A program made the position numbers and the translations under genes. Positions 16,406 to 26,354 of a stretch of DNA of 64,000 nt are shown here, piece by piece. Under the pieces are notes generated by a model, which worked only from the letters and a program-made list of their open reading frames with translations, made no database searches and was not told the origin of the DNA. This stretch comes from an uncultured virus (IMG/VR IMGVR_UViG_3300047160_009708) (lineage: Duplodnaviria; Heunggongvirae; Uroviricota; Caudoviricetes): IMG/VR virus record IMGVR_UViG_3300047160_009708. The stretch is one strand, 5' to 3'. The first letter of the stretch is position 1; the number at the start of each line of letters is the position of its first letter.

Positions 16406-18431
16406 CGGGCGCGCTCGTAATGACGGCTTGACATATCTCACTCGCACACTTACACGTCGAAAGGCTTGGTACGAAGTTAAACGGGAAAGCGACTGGCTGG
16501 CAGTCATACGGCCGTGATTGCTCGAACACGGCGAGCGCGGCTGGCCCCACGAGGTTGAGTTCCCAGCCAAAGCCGCCCCAGAACAGGGTCGCGGTCGCCG
16601 AGCCCTCGAAGCTGGCCCAGGTGCACGAGTCGGGAATGTGTTTGAGCCGGTAGACGCCGTTGAGCGCCTCGCAATCGCCCGCTAAACCCTGTACGGTGAC
16701 CGCCACGAACGCAGCAGCGCCAGGCGTGCAGTGCACGCACGAGTCAGGACCGCTATCGTGTGCCATGAGCGCTTTCGCTGGACCGGGGGTCGTCATGGTT
16801 AGAGTGCGCGTGCTGGACGTGCAACACACGGTCACACAGCAGGCAGCCTTGCCGGTATTGATCTGAATAACCTGGCTGTTGCGCAATTGCAACTGATAAA
16901 GCGTTTGGCATATTTGATGCCTGCCGGGATTTGTTGGTACCGAGATGGCGGGCGGTCCGCACAGACCGGTTCCGGCTGCCGCCGGACAGTCGCCCGCGAA
17001 GTGGTGTAGCTCCTCGGGCTCGGCATTCCACGGTAACGAGATCACACGCGTAGTCTGCTCCAGCGTCCCGCCAGCCTTGGTATGAAACGCCGTTGTACCA
17101 AAGGAGACGTAAGACTGATCGGCCACGCTAGAGACCGTTTCCGAACCCTCGGGAAACTCCGCGAACCGATAGGTAAACTCGATCTGGTCCAGATAGCCTT
17201 CCGGCTTGAATCCCACAATACCGTTGTACACACGGTCGTAGGCGATGTCGCTGATCCACCTCCAGTATTCCTCGGCGATCTCCAGCGCCAGGCCGCGCAG
17301 CGCCGTCTCATTGATGGGCGTGATCGTGCCGCCGCCCGCCGCGATCTGGGCAATGGCTGTGTCGCGAAACGCCTTTGTTCCATTAAACCCTTTCTGTTGT
17401 GTTGTAATGAACAGATTATTTGTAGGTACATCCGAGTCGGTGAGGTTGACTGTCTCGATCCAGTAGGGATTTTCCTGCCCGGTGCGCACACCGGTGCAGA
17501 CTTTAGTGGGAAACCTGATCTGGACCGCCTTGGGGATCACCGCGCTATAGATCGGGATGCCTGCGTTGAGCCCCGAGTAGTAGGGCGCGCCCATGTCGAA
17601 GACGCTGCCGCCCGCGCGGAGCGTGCGATCCCGAAACAGCGAGTCGTCCTGCTGTCGCACCTTGCGCGCCGTGTCGGTGCCCATGACCTGGATTGTACCG
17701 TCGTACCACTCCACGACCCGCATCGACACATTGAAGGCGCACGTGTCCAGCAAGAGCGCCGCTGAGTCGCCGGCCATCACGTTGAGCAGCGCGTCGGCCA
17801 TCAGGTACTCGGGTTCGATCATGTCGATCGTGAGTGGTTCATTGAGCGCGTTGCTGACCTGGCCGAACAGTGCGGTCCAACTCGTCCCGCCGTTGAGAAT
17901 GCCCAGAACAGGCAGCGGCTTGTATTGCCAGAAATAACGCTTTGAGACGAGCGGAATAATGAAAACGTTATTCACCAACGGCTGGCCGCTGGCGTCGGCA
18001 ATCTGAGCCAGCGGCACGGGCGGCAGCGCATACAGGGACAGCGTTAATGTCTCGCCGCCAGGGCTCCCCTGGCCGGACGTGGACGACCCCTGCGAGCGCT
18101 GGCCCGGTGAATCCATGTAGAGCGTGATCGGCGAGGTCGTGTCGCCATTGCTGCCCCACGTGTCCGCGCCGATGGCGTCAATATCGTCTTGCGTCGCGTG
18201 GAAGTAGCCGTACCCCCAGTTGACGGCACCACTCGGCCAGTAGAGGCGATTGAGTTCGATCGGTCGATCACGACGGTGGTGAATAAAATTCCCTAGCGGC
18301 GCCGCGTTGGGTCCAGTCCATGACCTTTGGAGCGAAAACTGCTCGACCTCGCGCGGGTCGATATTCTCGCGCACGTACCGGATCAAATCGCGCTCAGGCA
18401 GCGCCAACGGCTGTTTGTCGAGGAGCAGCAT
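16395..18431 (-). CDS. Putative tail-tip/adsorption protein, copy 2, with a Cys-rich C-terminus
   Basis: First ~500 aa clearly paralogous to 18731-21265 (FSLQRSWTGPNAAPLG, ELNRLYWPSGAVNWGYGYF, AYDRVYNGIV). Confidence 0.75.
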   Translation of the reverse strand: MLLLDKQPLALPERDLIRYVRENIDPREVEQFSLQRSWTGPNAAPLGNFIHHRRDRPIELNRLYWPSGAVNWGYGYFHATQDDIDAIGADTWGSNGDTTSPITLYMDSPGQRSQGSSTSGQGSPGGETLTLSLYALPPVPLAQIADASGQPLVNNVFIIPLVSKRYFWQYKPLPVLGILNGGTSWTALFGQVSNALNEPLTIDMIEPEYLMADALLNVMAGDSAALLLDTCAFNVSMRVVEWYDGTIQVMGTDTARKVRQQDDSLFRDRTLRAGGSVFDMGAPYYSGLNAGIPIYSAVIPKAVQIRFPTKVCTGVRTGQENPYWIETVNLTDSDVPTNNLFITTQQKGFNGTKAFRDTAIAQIAAGGGTITPINETALRGLALEIAEEYWRWISDIAYDRVYNGIVGFKPEGYLDQIEFTYRFAEFPEGSETVSSVADQSYVSFGTTAFHTKAGGTLEQTTRVISLPWNAEPEELHHFAGDCPAAAGTGLCGPPAISVPTNPGRHQICQTLYQLQLRNSQVIQINTGKAACCVTVCCTSSTRTLTMTTPGPAKALMAHDSGPDSCVHCTPGAAAFVAVTVQGLAGDCEALNGVYRLKHIPDSCTWASFEGSATATLFWGGFGWELNLVGPAALAVFEQSRPYDCQPVAFPFNFVPSLSTCKCASEICQAVITSAPDES

Positions 18432-18734
18432 TTAGTTCGCGGTTTTCCAGTTCGCGGGCAGCGGCACGGCTGGCCGGACCTGACCCTTGCAGCTTCCACA
18501 CGGTTGAGCCACACCGTGCTTCCAGCCCTCGGGAAACGGCAGCGGCGGTTTTAGAGGCGTGACGTGGACACCCGCGTCCCTTTGCGCCTGCTCGGTGATG
18601 ATCGGTAGCCAATGTGTGGGATTAAGCAGCATGTTCTTGCAGTAGTCGGGAACGGTGAACCCGAGAATCGTGGCGTCACGACCTCGGCACCGCAGGCCAA
18701 CCTTCTGAACTGGGCATTGCTCACAGTGCATCAC
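18432..18734 (-). CDS. Small Cys-rich protein
   Basis: 100 aa with CEQC and CGSC; coupled to both neighbours. Confidence 0.65.
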   Translation of the reverse strand: MMHCEQCPVQKVGLRCRGRDATILGFTVPDYCKNMLLNPTHWLPIITEQAQRDAGVHVTPLKPPLPFPEGWKHGVAQPCGSCKGQVRPAVPLPANWKTAN

Positions 18735-21265
18735 GGGCCTCCGGTAATTGTGCAGGACGTCGGTACTTCTGGTATCGGGGGATTAAGCATAGTAACGGAA
18801 CCGCCCGTAAGTGGAATTGTGATATTGACCATTGGAGCTTGACTGCAATCGACAGATGTTTGACCAAGCATGCCAGCGCTGCTGCAAAATCCCTGACCAC
18901 AAAAGCGCGCCGCTTTGCGAACGCCCGGCTTGGGTTGTCCTTGCCCGGCGCAGCAGGGATTGAAAAACCACTCAAATGGCTTGCAATCAATGCTCGCGGT
19001 CGGTGGGTTGAATGCGGCACAGCCGCCAAAACTTAAGTTAACGCCCCATGCAGCCGCAAAAGCGGGACCGGTGCCTGGCGGCTGCGTGCATGAGTATTCA
19101 CCACCACATAAGCTAAGAACAACATTGCACGTAATCTCGGCACCTGTCTTGGGACAGCATATTGGTTGTTGTCCACCATTGCTTGCTTCCGGTTCGAAGA
19201 AGGTAAAACTGCCACACCAGGATGTCACCGACGACCCTTGCCCTGGCGGGCATGGATTCGTGAGTGTACAACCACCCTTCGAGCACGTGAACGTCAACGT
19301 TTTGGGCCACGGCAGCACACAGCATGCGGCGCAAACGTGATCGTCGGTGGGTTGCATGATAAGCACATTGCAATCCTGCGGTCCCTGAACATTCGGATTG
19401 CATGTCGGCACGGAAACGTCTGTGATCTGGCCAAACAGTGCGCCACCACTCGAATTGCAAAGATACGTCACAGAAAACGTGCCAGTCTTGAAATACTGAT
19501 GACTCACAGTGCCGGTAAAGTGTTGCACACCGGGTAGGTTCGGCGGATTGAAGCAGACAACCCCATTCGTGTCCGTGAGCCCAGTGCCAACCCCAGGAAT
19601 GGTCACATCCGCGTCTGAGAGAGGAATGTGGCGGCTGAGAAAACAGAAGTGGAAGGGGTCGTAGGGATATTCGAAACCGCAGCCCTCGACGCCCACACAG
19701 AGCAGACACGGGCCGCCCAACGAGGGGGTATGCGACGACGACTTGCAGCAATTCGTGACACAGCAGCCGTCACCGACCGGGATCTGCTGCACGGTGTTAC
19801 CAATCTTCTGGATCTCATAGAGCGTCTGGCATACCTTCGAGTGTCCATGCGGCGTGGATGGCTTGTGAATGTGAGTCGGTGGTCCGCAAAGCTGCTCGTC
19901 GCAAGCGCTGGAGCGGTGATGCAATTCCTCGTTCTCGACGTTCCAAGGCACCGAAATGGCGCGCGTGGTCTGCTCGACACTGATGCCCGATTCTGGGGCA
20001 AAGCGGGTCCGCGCTGGGCTTGTGACCGAGGAGCGGCTCAGGCTGGGTGTGATCAGGCTGCCGTGCGGCTCCTCAATGCAGCGATACGTGAATTCAAGCT
20101 GATCCAGATACCCGTCAGGCGCGAACGCGACGATTCCGTTGTAAACGCGGTCATAAGCGAACCCGGTCATCCACTTCCAGTATTCCTCGGCGATCTCTGC
20201 CGCCAGGGCATTGAGTTCGTTGACGTTGGTGGGCGTGATGCCACCCGCCGGAATCTCCGCAATCGCGAGGTCACGAAACGCCTTGGTTCCCTGGAAACCG
20301 GTTTGGCCCGCGAACACGTTGCCGACCGACACGTCGCTGATCTTGACCTTCGCGATCCAGATCGGTGGCTCCTTGCCGGTCGCCAGATCGACGCAGACGC
20401 GGGTCGGGAACGAGACTTGAACCGCTTCCGGAATAACCGCGCTGTAGACATCAAAGCCGCCTGGACCGAACATGTTGCCGCCCGCGCGCAAGGTGCGCAG
20501 CGGGTGGGACGCATCGTCCGATCGCCGCACATTCCTGGCGGTGTCCGCTGTCATGACCTGGATGGTTCCGTTGTATTGTTCCACAACGCGCATCGACACG
20601 TTGAATGCGCACGCGTCTAGCAGCATGGCCGCACTATCGCCAGTCATGATGTTGAGCAGTTGGTTCGGCTTCAGATAGTCCGCTTCGATGTCGTCAATTA
20701 GGAACTGTTCGCCCAGCGCGGCGGCGACCTCGCCAAACACATCGAGCCAGGTCGTGACGCCGGACACAATCTTGGGATACGGCATCGGCTTGTATTGCCA
20801 CAAATACCGCTTCGAGACCAGCGGGATGACGAAAAGATCGTTCACCAACGGCTGACCGTCGGCATCGGCAATCTGAGCCAGCGGCACGGGCGGCAGCGCG
20901 TACAGGTTCAGGCTCAGCCGCTCGTCCGAGCGCTGGCCCGGCGCGGTCATCAGAAAGGAAACCGGTTGCGCAAGTGTGCCGTTCTTACCCCACGCGTCGG
21001 CACCGATGTTGTCGATGTTGTTCAGCGTCGCGCAGAAATAACCATATCCCCAGTTGACGGCACCACTCGGCCAGTAGAGGCGATTGAGTTCGATCCGCTG
21101 TGTACGGCGGTGATGAATGAACATACCCAGTGGTGCGGCATTGGGGCCGGTCCACGACCGTTGCAGCGAAAATTGCTCGACCTCATGAGGGTCGATGTTC
21201 TCGCGCACGTAATCAACCACGTCACGCGGCGGAATCGCCAGCGGCTCGCCGTCCAAGAGCAGCAT
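18731..21265 (-). CDS. Putative tail-tip/adsorption protein, copy 1, with a long Cys-rich C-terminus
   Basis: 844-aa ORF; N-terminus shared with 16395-18431; dense Cys in the last ~380 aa. Confidence 0.75.
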   Translation of the reverse strand: MLLLDGEPLAIPPRDVVDYVRENIDPHEVEQFSLQRSWTGPNAAPLGMFIHHRRTQRIELNRLYWPSGAVNWGYGYFCATLNNIDNIGADAWGKNGTLAQPVSFLMTAPGQRSDERLSLNLYALPPVPLAQIADADGQPLVNDLFVIPLVSKRYLWQYKPMPYPKIVSGVTTWLDVFGEVAAALGEQFLIDDIEADYLKPNQLLNIMTGDSAAMLLDACAFNVSMRVVEQYNGTIQVMTADTARNVRRSDDASHPLRTLRAGGNMFGPGGFDVYSAVIPEAVQVSFPTRVCVDLATGKEPPIWIAKVKISDVSVGNVFAGQTGFQGTKAFRDLAIAEIPAGGITPTNVNELNALAAEIAEEYWKWMTGFAYDRVYNGIVAFAPDGYLDQLEFTYRCIEEPHGSLITPSLSRSSVTSPARTRFAPESGISVEQTTRAISVPWNVENEELHHRSSACDEQLCGPPTHIHKPSTPHGHSKVCQTLYEIQKIGNTVQQIPVGDGCCVTNCCKSSSHTPSLGGPCLLCVGVEGCGFEYPYDPFHFCFLSRHIPLSDADVTIPGVGTGLTDTNGVVCFNPPNLPGVQHFTGTVSHQYFKTGTFSVTYLCNSSGGALFGQITDVSVPTCNPNVQGPQDCNVLIMQPTDDHVCAACCVLPWPKTLTFTCSKGGCTLTNPCPPGQGSSVTSWCGSFTFFEPEASNGGQQPICCPKTGAEITCNVVLSLCGGEYSCTQPPGTGPAFAAAWGVNLSFGGCAAFNPPTASIDCKPFEWFFNPCCAGQGQPKPGVRKAARFCGQGFCSSAGMLGQTSVDCSQAPMVNITIPLTGGSVTMLNPPIPEVPTSCTITGGP

Positions 21266-21266
21266 A

Positions 21267-22151
21267 CTACCCCAGGGTCAAAGCACGTTGGAACCGGATC
21301 TCGAATTCCATTGCCAGGCTGGTCCACGTCTGGCTGCCGCCCGAGATCCGGCCCGGCGACGATTGGTTTATGAGCCGCGACGGCTCCTCGGTGAGCGCGT
21401 TGCCCGCCGCGTCCAGCGGAATGTATAGCTCCAGCACATCCACCAGCCGGTGCGCCAATCGCAGTATGCCCCGATTTACGTCCAGCAGGCGTACGTAATC
21501 CTGTGTATTGGGATCGACCAGGTTCGCATCCTGGATCGTGACCCGGTACGTACCCTGCATGCCCGCCGAGTAACGGCCGCCACCGGCGACCTGACCTTCC
21601 ATCGGCACCGCGTTCATGGGCCGGAACACGGCCATTGGAAAGCCCTGGTACGCGGGCGTCCACGGCTCCTCCAGACTGATCACGCACTGCATGTTGCCGA
21701 ACAGCTTACTGTCCGACACCATCTGCCGGATATCCTTGACGATCCGGTCCAGGGTCGTGCCGATCACGGACGGGTTGTTGCTCGACCCGTCGGGCGCGAT
21801 CGAAAAGCCGTCGTCGGCGCTCACCATCTCGGCATAGAGCACGCGCACCACGGTGTTGCCCGCATTGGCATCGAGGATGCGGACCTGGTACTCGCCGTCG
21901 GGCCACGGCGTCGGCTGCAAGACCGCCGAGTAAATGTTGCCCAGCGGGCCGCCACCGGGCAGGCCCGACGTCGGCATGAACGGGCCGGGATTGGGCGGCA
22001 CGAACGTGTCCGTCTTGAAGTCGTAAAACTGCTGATTCACCGACACCGGCGAGCCGGGCGGCGCCGGGAACTGCGTGACCGAGAACACTAGGTCGGCGGA
22101 TAACACCGGCGCCGGCCCCTTCCAATACTGATAAGCGATATGCAATGCCAT
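21267..22151 (-). CDS. Putative virion structural protein (tail completion-like C-half)
   Basis: 294 aa, GGAGG RBS, located in the tail module. Confidence 0.65.
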   Translation of the reverse strand: MALHIAYQYWKGPAPVLSADLVFSVTQFPAPPGSPVSVNQQFYDFKTDTFVPPNPGPFMPTSGLPGGGPLGNIYSAVLQPTPWPDGEYQVRILDANAGNTVVRVLYAEMVSADDGFSIAPDGSSNNPSVIGTTLDRIVKDIRQMVSDSKLFGNMQCVISLEEPWTPAYQGFPMAVFRPMNAVPMEGQVAGGGRYSAGMQGTYRVTIQDANLVDPNTQDYVRLLDVNRGILRLAHRLVDVLELYIPLDAAGNALTEEPSRLINQSSPGRISGGSQTWTSLAMEFEIRFQRALTLG

Positions 22152-22182
22152 CTACGGACCCTCCGCGCAAGGAACCAAAGAA

Positions 22183-22251
22183 AGCCTAGCGGGCCCAGTG
22201 GTTACTCTGGCTTTTCGCGCGTCCTCTCGTAACGCGCGAGCCCGCTAGGCT
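22183..22251 (-). terminator. Branched stem-loop followed by TTTCTTT; terminator/attenuator-like
   Basis: Perfect 12-bp outer stem AGCCTAGCGGGC/GCCCGCTAGGCT enclosing two hairpins. Confidence 0.5.
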
Positions 22252-22298
22252 GTTGCGGCGGCGCGCCGTAACCAGAGACGCACCCTTGTCTGAGCATA

Positions 22299-22607
22299 TT
22301 AGAACACTTCCAGGACGTTCAACTGCGCCGACCCGGTGGCGACAATGGCATAGATCGCGCCCTGAATCGTGGAGTCGGTGAACGTCGCGGGCGGACTCAG
22401 ATTCCCCTTGAGCAGAATGCCCTGAGTGGGACCGCTGGCGGTCACCATCGAGCCACCCCAGAAGATATCCACTGTGGATTGATTCTGAATGATGAAACCC
22501 GCGCGCCACGGTGGCGCCACGCGCGCGGCGAGCACCAGTGTTACCGTGGAAAGCACAGACACCGTGGTGTTGGTCGGTGATCCGCCGCTGGACGTTGAGA
22601 ACGGCAT
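22299..22607 (-). CDS. Small beta-rich virion protein
   Basis: 102 aa; R.GFIIQNQSTVDIFWGG...GILL...GAIYAI pattern. Confidence 0.7.
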   Translation of the reverse strand: MPFSTSSGGSPTNTTVSVLSTVTLVLAARVAPPWRAGFIIQNQSTVDIFWGGSMVTASGPTQGILLKGNLSPPATFTDSTIQGAIYAIVATGSAQLNVLEVF

Positions 22608-22620
22608 CGGTTCGCTCCGC

Positions 22621-23760
22621 TTAGTATTCGCCCAGGAGACCGGCTAACAAGGCCGCACTGTCCGCGTCGGCGCTCTCACTGCCGCCACCGCTTAAAACCG
22701 GCGCGTTCGTGTTGGTGCGCGTGATCGGCGGCGGTGGCGGCGGCACGCTCGGCGGCTTCGCGGCGCTTTGATAGAAGAATTGAGTGATCGTGTTGCCCGA
22801 CGGGATATCGAGCGCGTGACCACTGCCGATCAACGTGCCCGGCACGGACGGCTGGACGTAGGTCGGCGCCACAAACTGACTGGTTACAAGCGCTGCGTTT
22901 AGCACTGTCCAGACTGGTTGCGGGAACGTCACATTCGAGCCCATGATCAGGCGCTCGAACGTCGGTCCCGACCACGTTTGGCTCGTGAGGAAGACCGGAT
23001 CGCGCGGCGGATTGAGCGGTTGTGAGAATGTTGCGTTGGAACCGATCGCCGGAATGGGATTGACGACGCCCGACCACGTTTGGCTGGTCAGGAACGCGGG
23101 GTCGCGCGGCCTGATTACCGGCTGCGGGAATGTCGATTGCCAGGCGCTTAGACCAGTTGGCACGAACGTCGGCCCCGACCACGTTTGGCTCGTTAGGAAT
23201 TGCGCTGTTGGGACTGGCCAGATTGGTTGCGGATAGGTGACCGAACCGAGCGGGGTCGCCGACGTCAGAAAGACCGGCGCCGCGTAGCTCTGATAGAAGA
23301 ATTGATACGTTGGCCGACCGGCGCGCACGAGCGACGAATCCGACCCTCCCGAGATACCCGACGCGAACGGCACGAGATAAGTCGGGCCGGACCACGTTTG
23401 GCTCGTCAGGAATTTCGGGTCGCGCGGTGGATTGAGCGGCTGAGGATATTCCGCGCCCCACTTGCCGGGCGGTGCTGTCGAGACCGGCCAGTTCGGACTG
23501 GTGTAGCTTTGATAGAAGAATTGAGTGACTGTGTTGCCCGACGGAATATCGGACACCGACGACGCGGCGGGCGCCGTACCAGGACCGACCGGCCACTCGG
23601 CGGGAGCAACATGCGTCTGACTGAGCAGGAACTGGACGTCGCGCGGTGGGTTGCGCGGATCGGTCCAGATCGACGGCGTACGGTCGGACGTGACCGGTTC
23701 CTGAACGTAGTAAACCTGGATTGAAAATGTCTGAACCGAGAATGGTTTGTTGGCGAACAT
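22621..23760 (-). CDS. Pro/Ser/Thr-rich repeat protein
   Basis: Repeats of QPxxPPRDPxFLTSQTWSGP and DIPSGNTxTQFFYQS. Confidence 0.7.
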   Translation of the reverse strand: MFANKPFSVQTFSIQVYYVQEPVTSDRTPSIWTDPRNPPRDVQFLLSQTHVAPAEWPVGPGTAPAASSVSDIPSGNTVTQFFYQSYTSPNWPVSTAPPGKWGAEYPQPLNPPRDPKFLTSQTWSGPTYLVPFASGISGGSDSSLVRAGRPTYQFFYQSYAAPVFLTSATPLGSVTYPQPIWPVPTAQFLTSQTWSGPTFVPTGLSAWQSTFPQPVIRPRDPAFLTSQTWSGVVNPIPAIGSNATFSQPLNPPRDPVFLTSQTWSGPTFERLIMGSNVTFPQPVWTVLNAALVTSQFVAPTYVQPSVPGTLIGSGHALDIPSGNTITQFFYQSAAKPPSVPPPPPPITRTNTNAPVLSGGGSESADADSAALLAGLLGEY

Positions 23761-23777
23761 TCAACATGTGTCTCGTA

Positions 23778-24980
23778 CTAGCTGAACATCACCAACTGTA
23801 AGTTGGTCGCGCCACCGAGTCCGTACATCGTCGGTGTCCCTGATTGTGCTGCTTCCAGGAGCGAGACGTAGCTATATCCCAAAGTCGGCTTGACCACCAA
23901 CTCGGAAGGCACTCCCACGGTCATGGCTCCACCACCGCTCATGGTGTTGGCGAAGGTATTGAGCGCGATTCCTCCCGCAGTCGCGGTCGTGCTGTTAATG
24001 CCAATGCCAACGTTAAGTCCGGTACTGGCTGCCATACCACCAATGATGATGCCCCGCACCCTGATGGCATCGTCGGTATTACCAATAAAATACTCACAGC
24101 AACCGTTGGGGACCGTGAGTCCCTCAACCAGCCGGAGTGCCGTGCCCGCGTAGGTCCAGCTTGTATCTGAGATATACATATAGGATAGGCGTCTAATACG
24201 ATTATACATATTCCAGACGAACCGCTTGCCCCCCTGCTTCTGAACAGCGCCGTAGTTAGGTGAATCGCTTGTCGAACTGAGCGCATTCATGTAAAAGCTG
24301 CCAATGTATCGTCGGGTTGGATCGGTGGACTTGCAAAGAAAGCCATTAAGGTTGGCGAGTGCCGTCGCTCGTGTTGTTGCGTTCGTCCACGCCAACGCCT
24401 CAAGACCCACACTCGCGTTCCAGCCGCCACTGGCATACGCGAACACATCGTAGGCTGTACCTGCCGCCAAACCTGCAAGGCTGATGCTGGACGGCGTGCT
24501 AAATGGTACTTCCACAATCTGAATGCCAGCGCTATTGAACAGGGGCACCTTGTTGTGCGTGTAAGGCACATAATAGAGCACGTTCGCCGAATCACTCTCA
24601 CCGTTCGGAACCGTGGAACTCACGCTCAAGCGGCAGCCTGGTGTCGGATAAGACAACACAGTATCCGTCATCGGTGCCGAGCCAATGCGAATAATACCGG
24701 TGAAGTTGACGAGCGCGCCTGCGTTCGATGATTGCAGCACCATTGTGCGCTCAAAGCTCGTTGAGGATAACAAGGTGCCAAACCCACGCTCCCAGGGACC
24801 AGTCGGATAGTCGTTGGCATCGATACCCTCAATATAGTATGCACACGTGTCATTAGTCGCCATGATTGCTGAGAACGCTTGAAAGCCGACCTCGGCTGCG
24901 CCTAAAGTGACGTTGCCGGTGCCGGGCGATGTATTCACGGTGTGCATGATACGGTCGAGCCCGAGAGTGCGATACGCCAT
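23778..24980 (-). CDS. Tail fibre-like structural protein
   Basis: N-terminal DRI..T...GTG.VTLG...WERGFGT...RTMVLQSSNAGALVNF, typical of phage fibre proteins. Confidence 0.7.
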   Translation of the reverse strand: MAYRTLGLDRIMHTVNTSPGTGNVTLGAAEVGFQAFSAIMATNDTCAYYIEGIDANDYPTGPWERGFGTLLSSTSFERTMVLQSSNAGALVNFTGIIRIGSAPMTDTVLSYPTPGCRLSVSSTVPNGESDSANVLYYVPYTHNKVPLFNSAGIQIVEVPFSTPSSISLAGLAAGTAYDVFAYASGGWNASVGLEALAWTNATTRATALANLNGFLCKSTDPTRRYIGSFYMNALSSTSDSPNYGAVQKQGGKRFVWNMYNRIRRLSYMYISDTSWTYAGTALRLVEGLTVPNGCCEYFIGNTDDAIRVRGIIIGGMAASTGLNVGIGINSTTATAGGIALNTFANTMSGGGAMTVGVPSELVVKPTLGYSYVSLLEAAQSGTPTMYGLGGATNLQLVMFS

Positions 24981-24999
24981 CGCTTAACCTCAAGGAGAC

Positions 25000-25569
25000 G
25001 TGATGGGTGTTGTGATTAAACTCATCTGCGACCGCTGCGGTCAGAGCATCGAAGAGCCCGGTTCGCCGCCTAAACTCCATGAGTGGGGATTCGAGTTGTC
25101 GATTTCGATCGAGTGGCCGCCGGGCTGGCGCAGCGCCCGCAACGGAATCGCCCTACTGTGCGCGTCTTGCTCGGCCTCGCTCCACGTCAATGGGTCCGTG
25201 CCAACGTCCTCGCCAGGGGGGCCAAGAGGTATCGTCGGACCACCGCCACGTGCCGCTGATCCAGCGCTGTATTCGATTGCCCCCTCGTCTGCTGTGCTGC
25301 TCGCGCCGGAACCACCACCAGAATCACCGCCCGTGCCGAGTGAACCACCGATGACCTCCTCCGCGTTCGATGAGGCATATATTGAGGACATCTATAACTT
25401 CACCGCGCGCCGTGGGAGTTGGGGTTGGATGACCGCAACGTACACGGAAACTTATCCCGAGGGCAATGATGAGGAAAGGCGCCGGCACGCGGCAACTCTG
25501 ATCCTGGAACAACGCGGTCGCGTGCGCCGTACCGACGACCGTGGCAATGTCGTGAGATGGCAGGCTTAG
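25000..25569 (+). CDS. Antisense accessory gene with a CxxC...PPGW...CxxC zinc finger
   Basis: AAGGAG RBS; fills the gap between two minus-strand genes exactly. Confidence 0.6.
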   Translation: MMGVVIKLICDRCGQSIEEPGSPPKLHEWGFELSISIEWPPGWRSARNGIALLCASCSASLHVNGSVPTSSPGGPRGIVGPPPRAADPALYSIAPSSAVLLAPEPPPESPPVPSEPPMTSSAFDEAYIEDIYNFTARRGSWGWMTATYTETYPEGNDEERRRHAATLILEQRGRVRRTDDRGNVVRWQA

Positions 25570-25835
25570 AGCGCCTTGATCTTGCCTGCTTCGAATAGGT
25601 CCAGGCGTTTCTCCAGTGGCCCCTGACAGTCCGCGCATTTCGGCCCGCAGATAAAGCCGTTGCAGTTGGAACAAAAGCCACGGATCTTGCCCGAGCCGGG
25701 TTGCACGACCCACACGCAACCACAGTGAACGCACGCGTGGTAATCGGCTTGGATCTCGCGCGCGACGGCCGGGTCCGTGATGATGTGCACGCCGTGCGGC
25801 TTGAGTGTACTGTGCTTGCCGATGATGTAAGCCAC
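25566..25835 (-). CDS. Small Cys-rich (zinc-binding) protein
   Basis: CVHC, CSNC, C..KC..C motifs. Confidence 0.65.
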   Translation of the reverse strand: MAYIIGKHSTLKPHGVHIITDPAVAREIQADYHACVHCGCVWVVQPGSGKIRGFCSNCNGFICGPKCADCQGPLEKRLDLFEAGKIKAL

Positions 25836-25838
25836 CGC

Positions 25839-26312
25839 CTACTCCGTGAAGAAAATCTGCGCGCTCTCCACCATCGCGACCGTCGCGGAACTCAAGCGCA
25901 GGCCGATGCCGTTCGTGGTTCCTGTGCCGTTGCCAGTCGGCGAAACGAACTCATAGCCTTGCGAACACACGTAGCGGAACGAGCTACGTTGGTTGAGCGG
26001 AATCGAGAGCAAGATGGTTGTCGGTGGGGGTCCGCCGTAGGTCGGCTCGGTTGTCGGTGCCGACGCGGTGATCGAAACGGCGGCCACGTCGCCGGGATCG
26101 ACTGGGTTTGGAGTGACGCCACCGCCTACGGTCCAGGCTGTGTAGCGAGCCACGTAGTAGATTGCCGAGTTGTCCGCAGGCGTCACGTTGCCCGAGCCGA
26201 TCACCAGATCAAAGATGCGTGGACGACTCGCGGTCACACCGGAAACCAGGCCCAGTGTCACGTTGGCACTTCCCGACGAATTCGTGCACGGAAACGTGTA
26301 TCCTCTTGCCAT
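25839..26312 (-). CDS. Putative virion structural protein
   Basis: 157 aa, Ser/Thr/Gly-rich, predicted beta. Confidence 0.7.
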   Translation of the reverse strand: MARGYTFPCTNSSGSANVTLGLVSGVTASRPRIFDLVIGSGNVTPADNSAIYYVARYTAWTVGGGVTPNPVDPGDVAAVSITASAPTTEPTYGGPPPTTILLSIPLNQRSSFRYVCSQGYEFVSPTGNGTGTTNGIGLRLSSATVAMVESAQIFFTE

Positions 26313-26354
26313 TGCTGGAAACCTCTGGCCTCGCGGCCGGTCGAAGGTTCGGGA

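Noticed and set aside
16395..21265. Diversity-generating retroelement acting on the variable C-termini
   Set aside because: No reverse transcriptase is present and I found no template/variable repeat pair differing at adenines.
22676..23767. 363-aa alternative-frame ORF
   Set aside because: It overlaps 22621-23760 on the same strand and has an Arg-rich off-frame composition; the other frame gives cleaner repeats.
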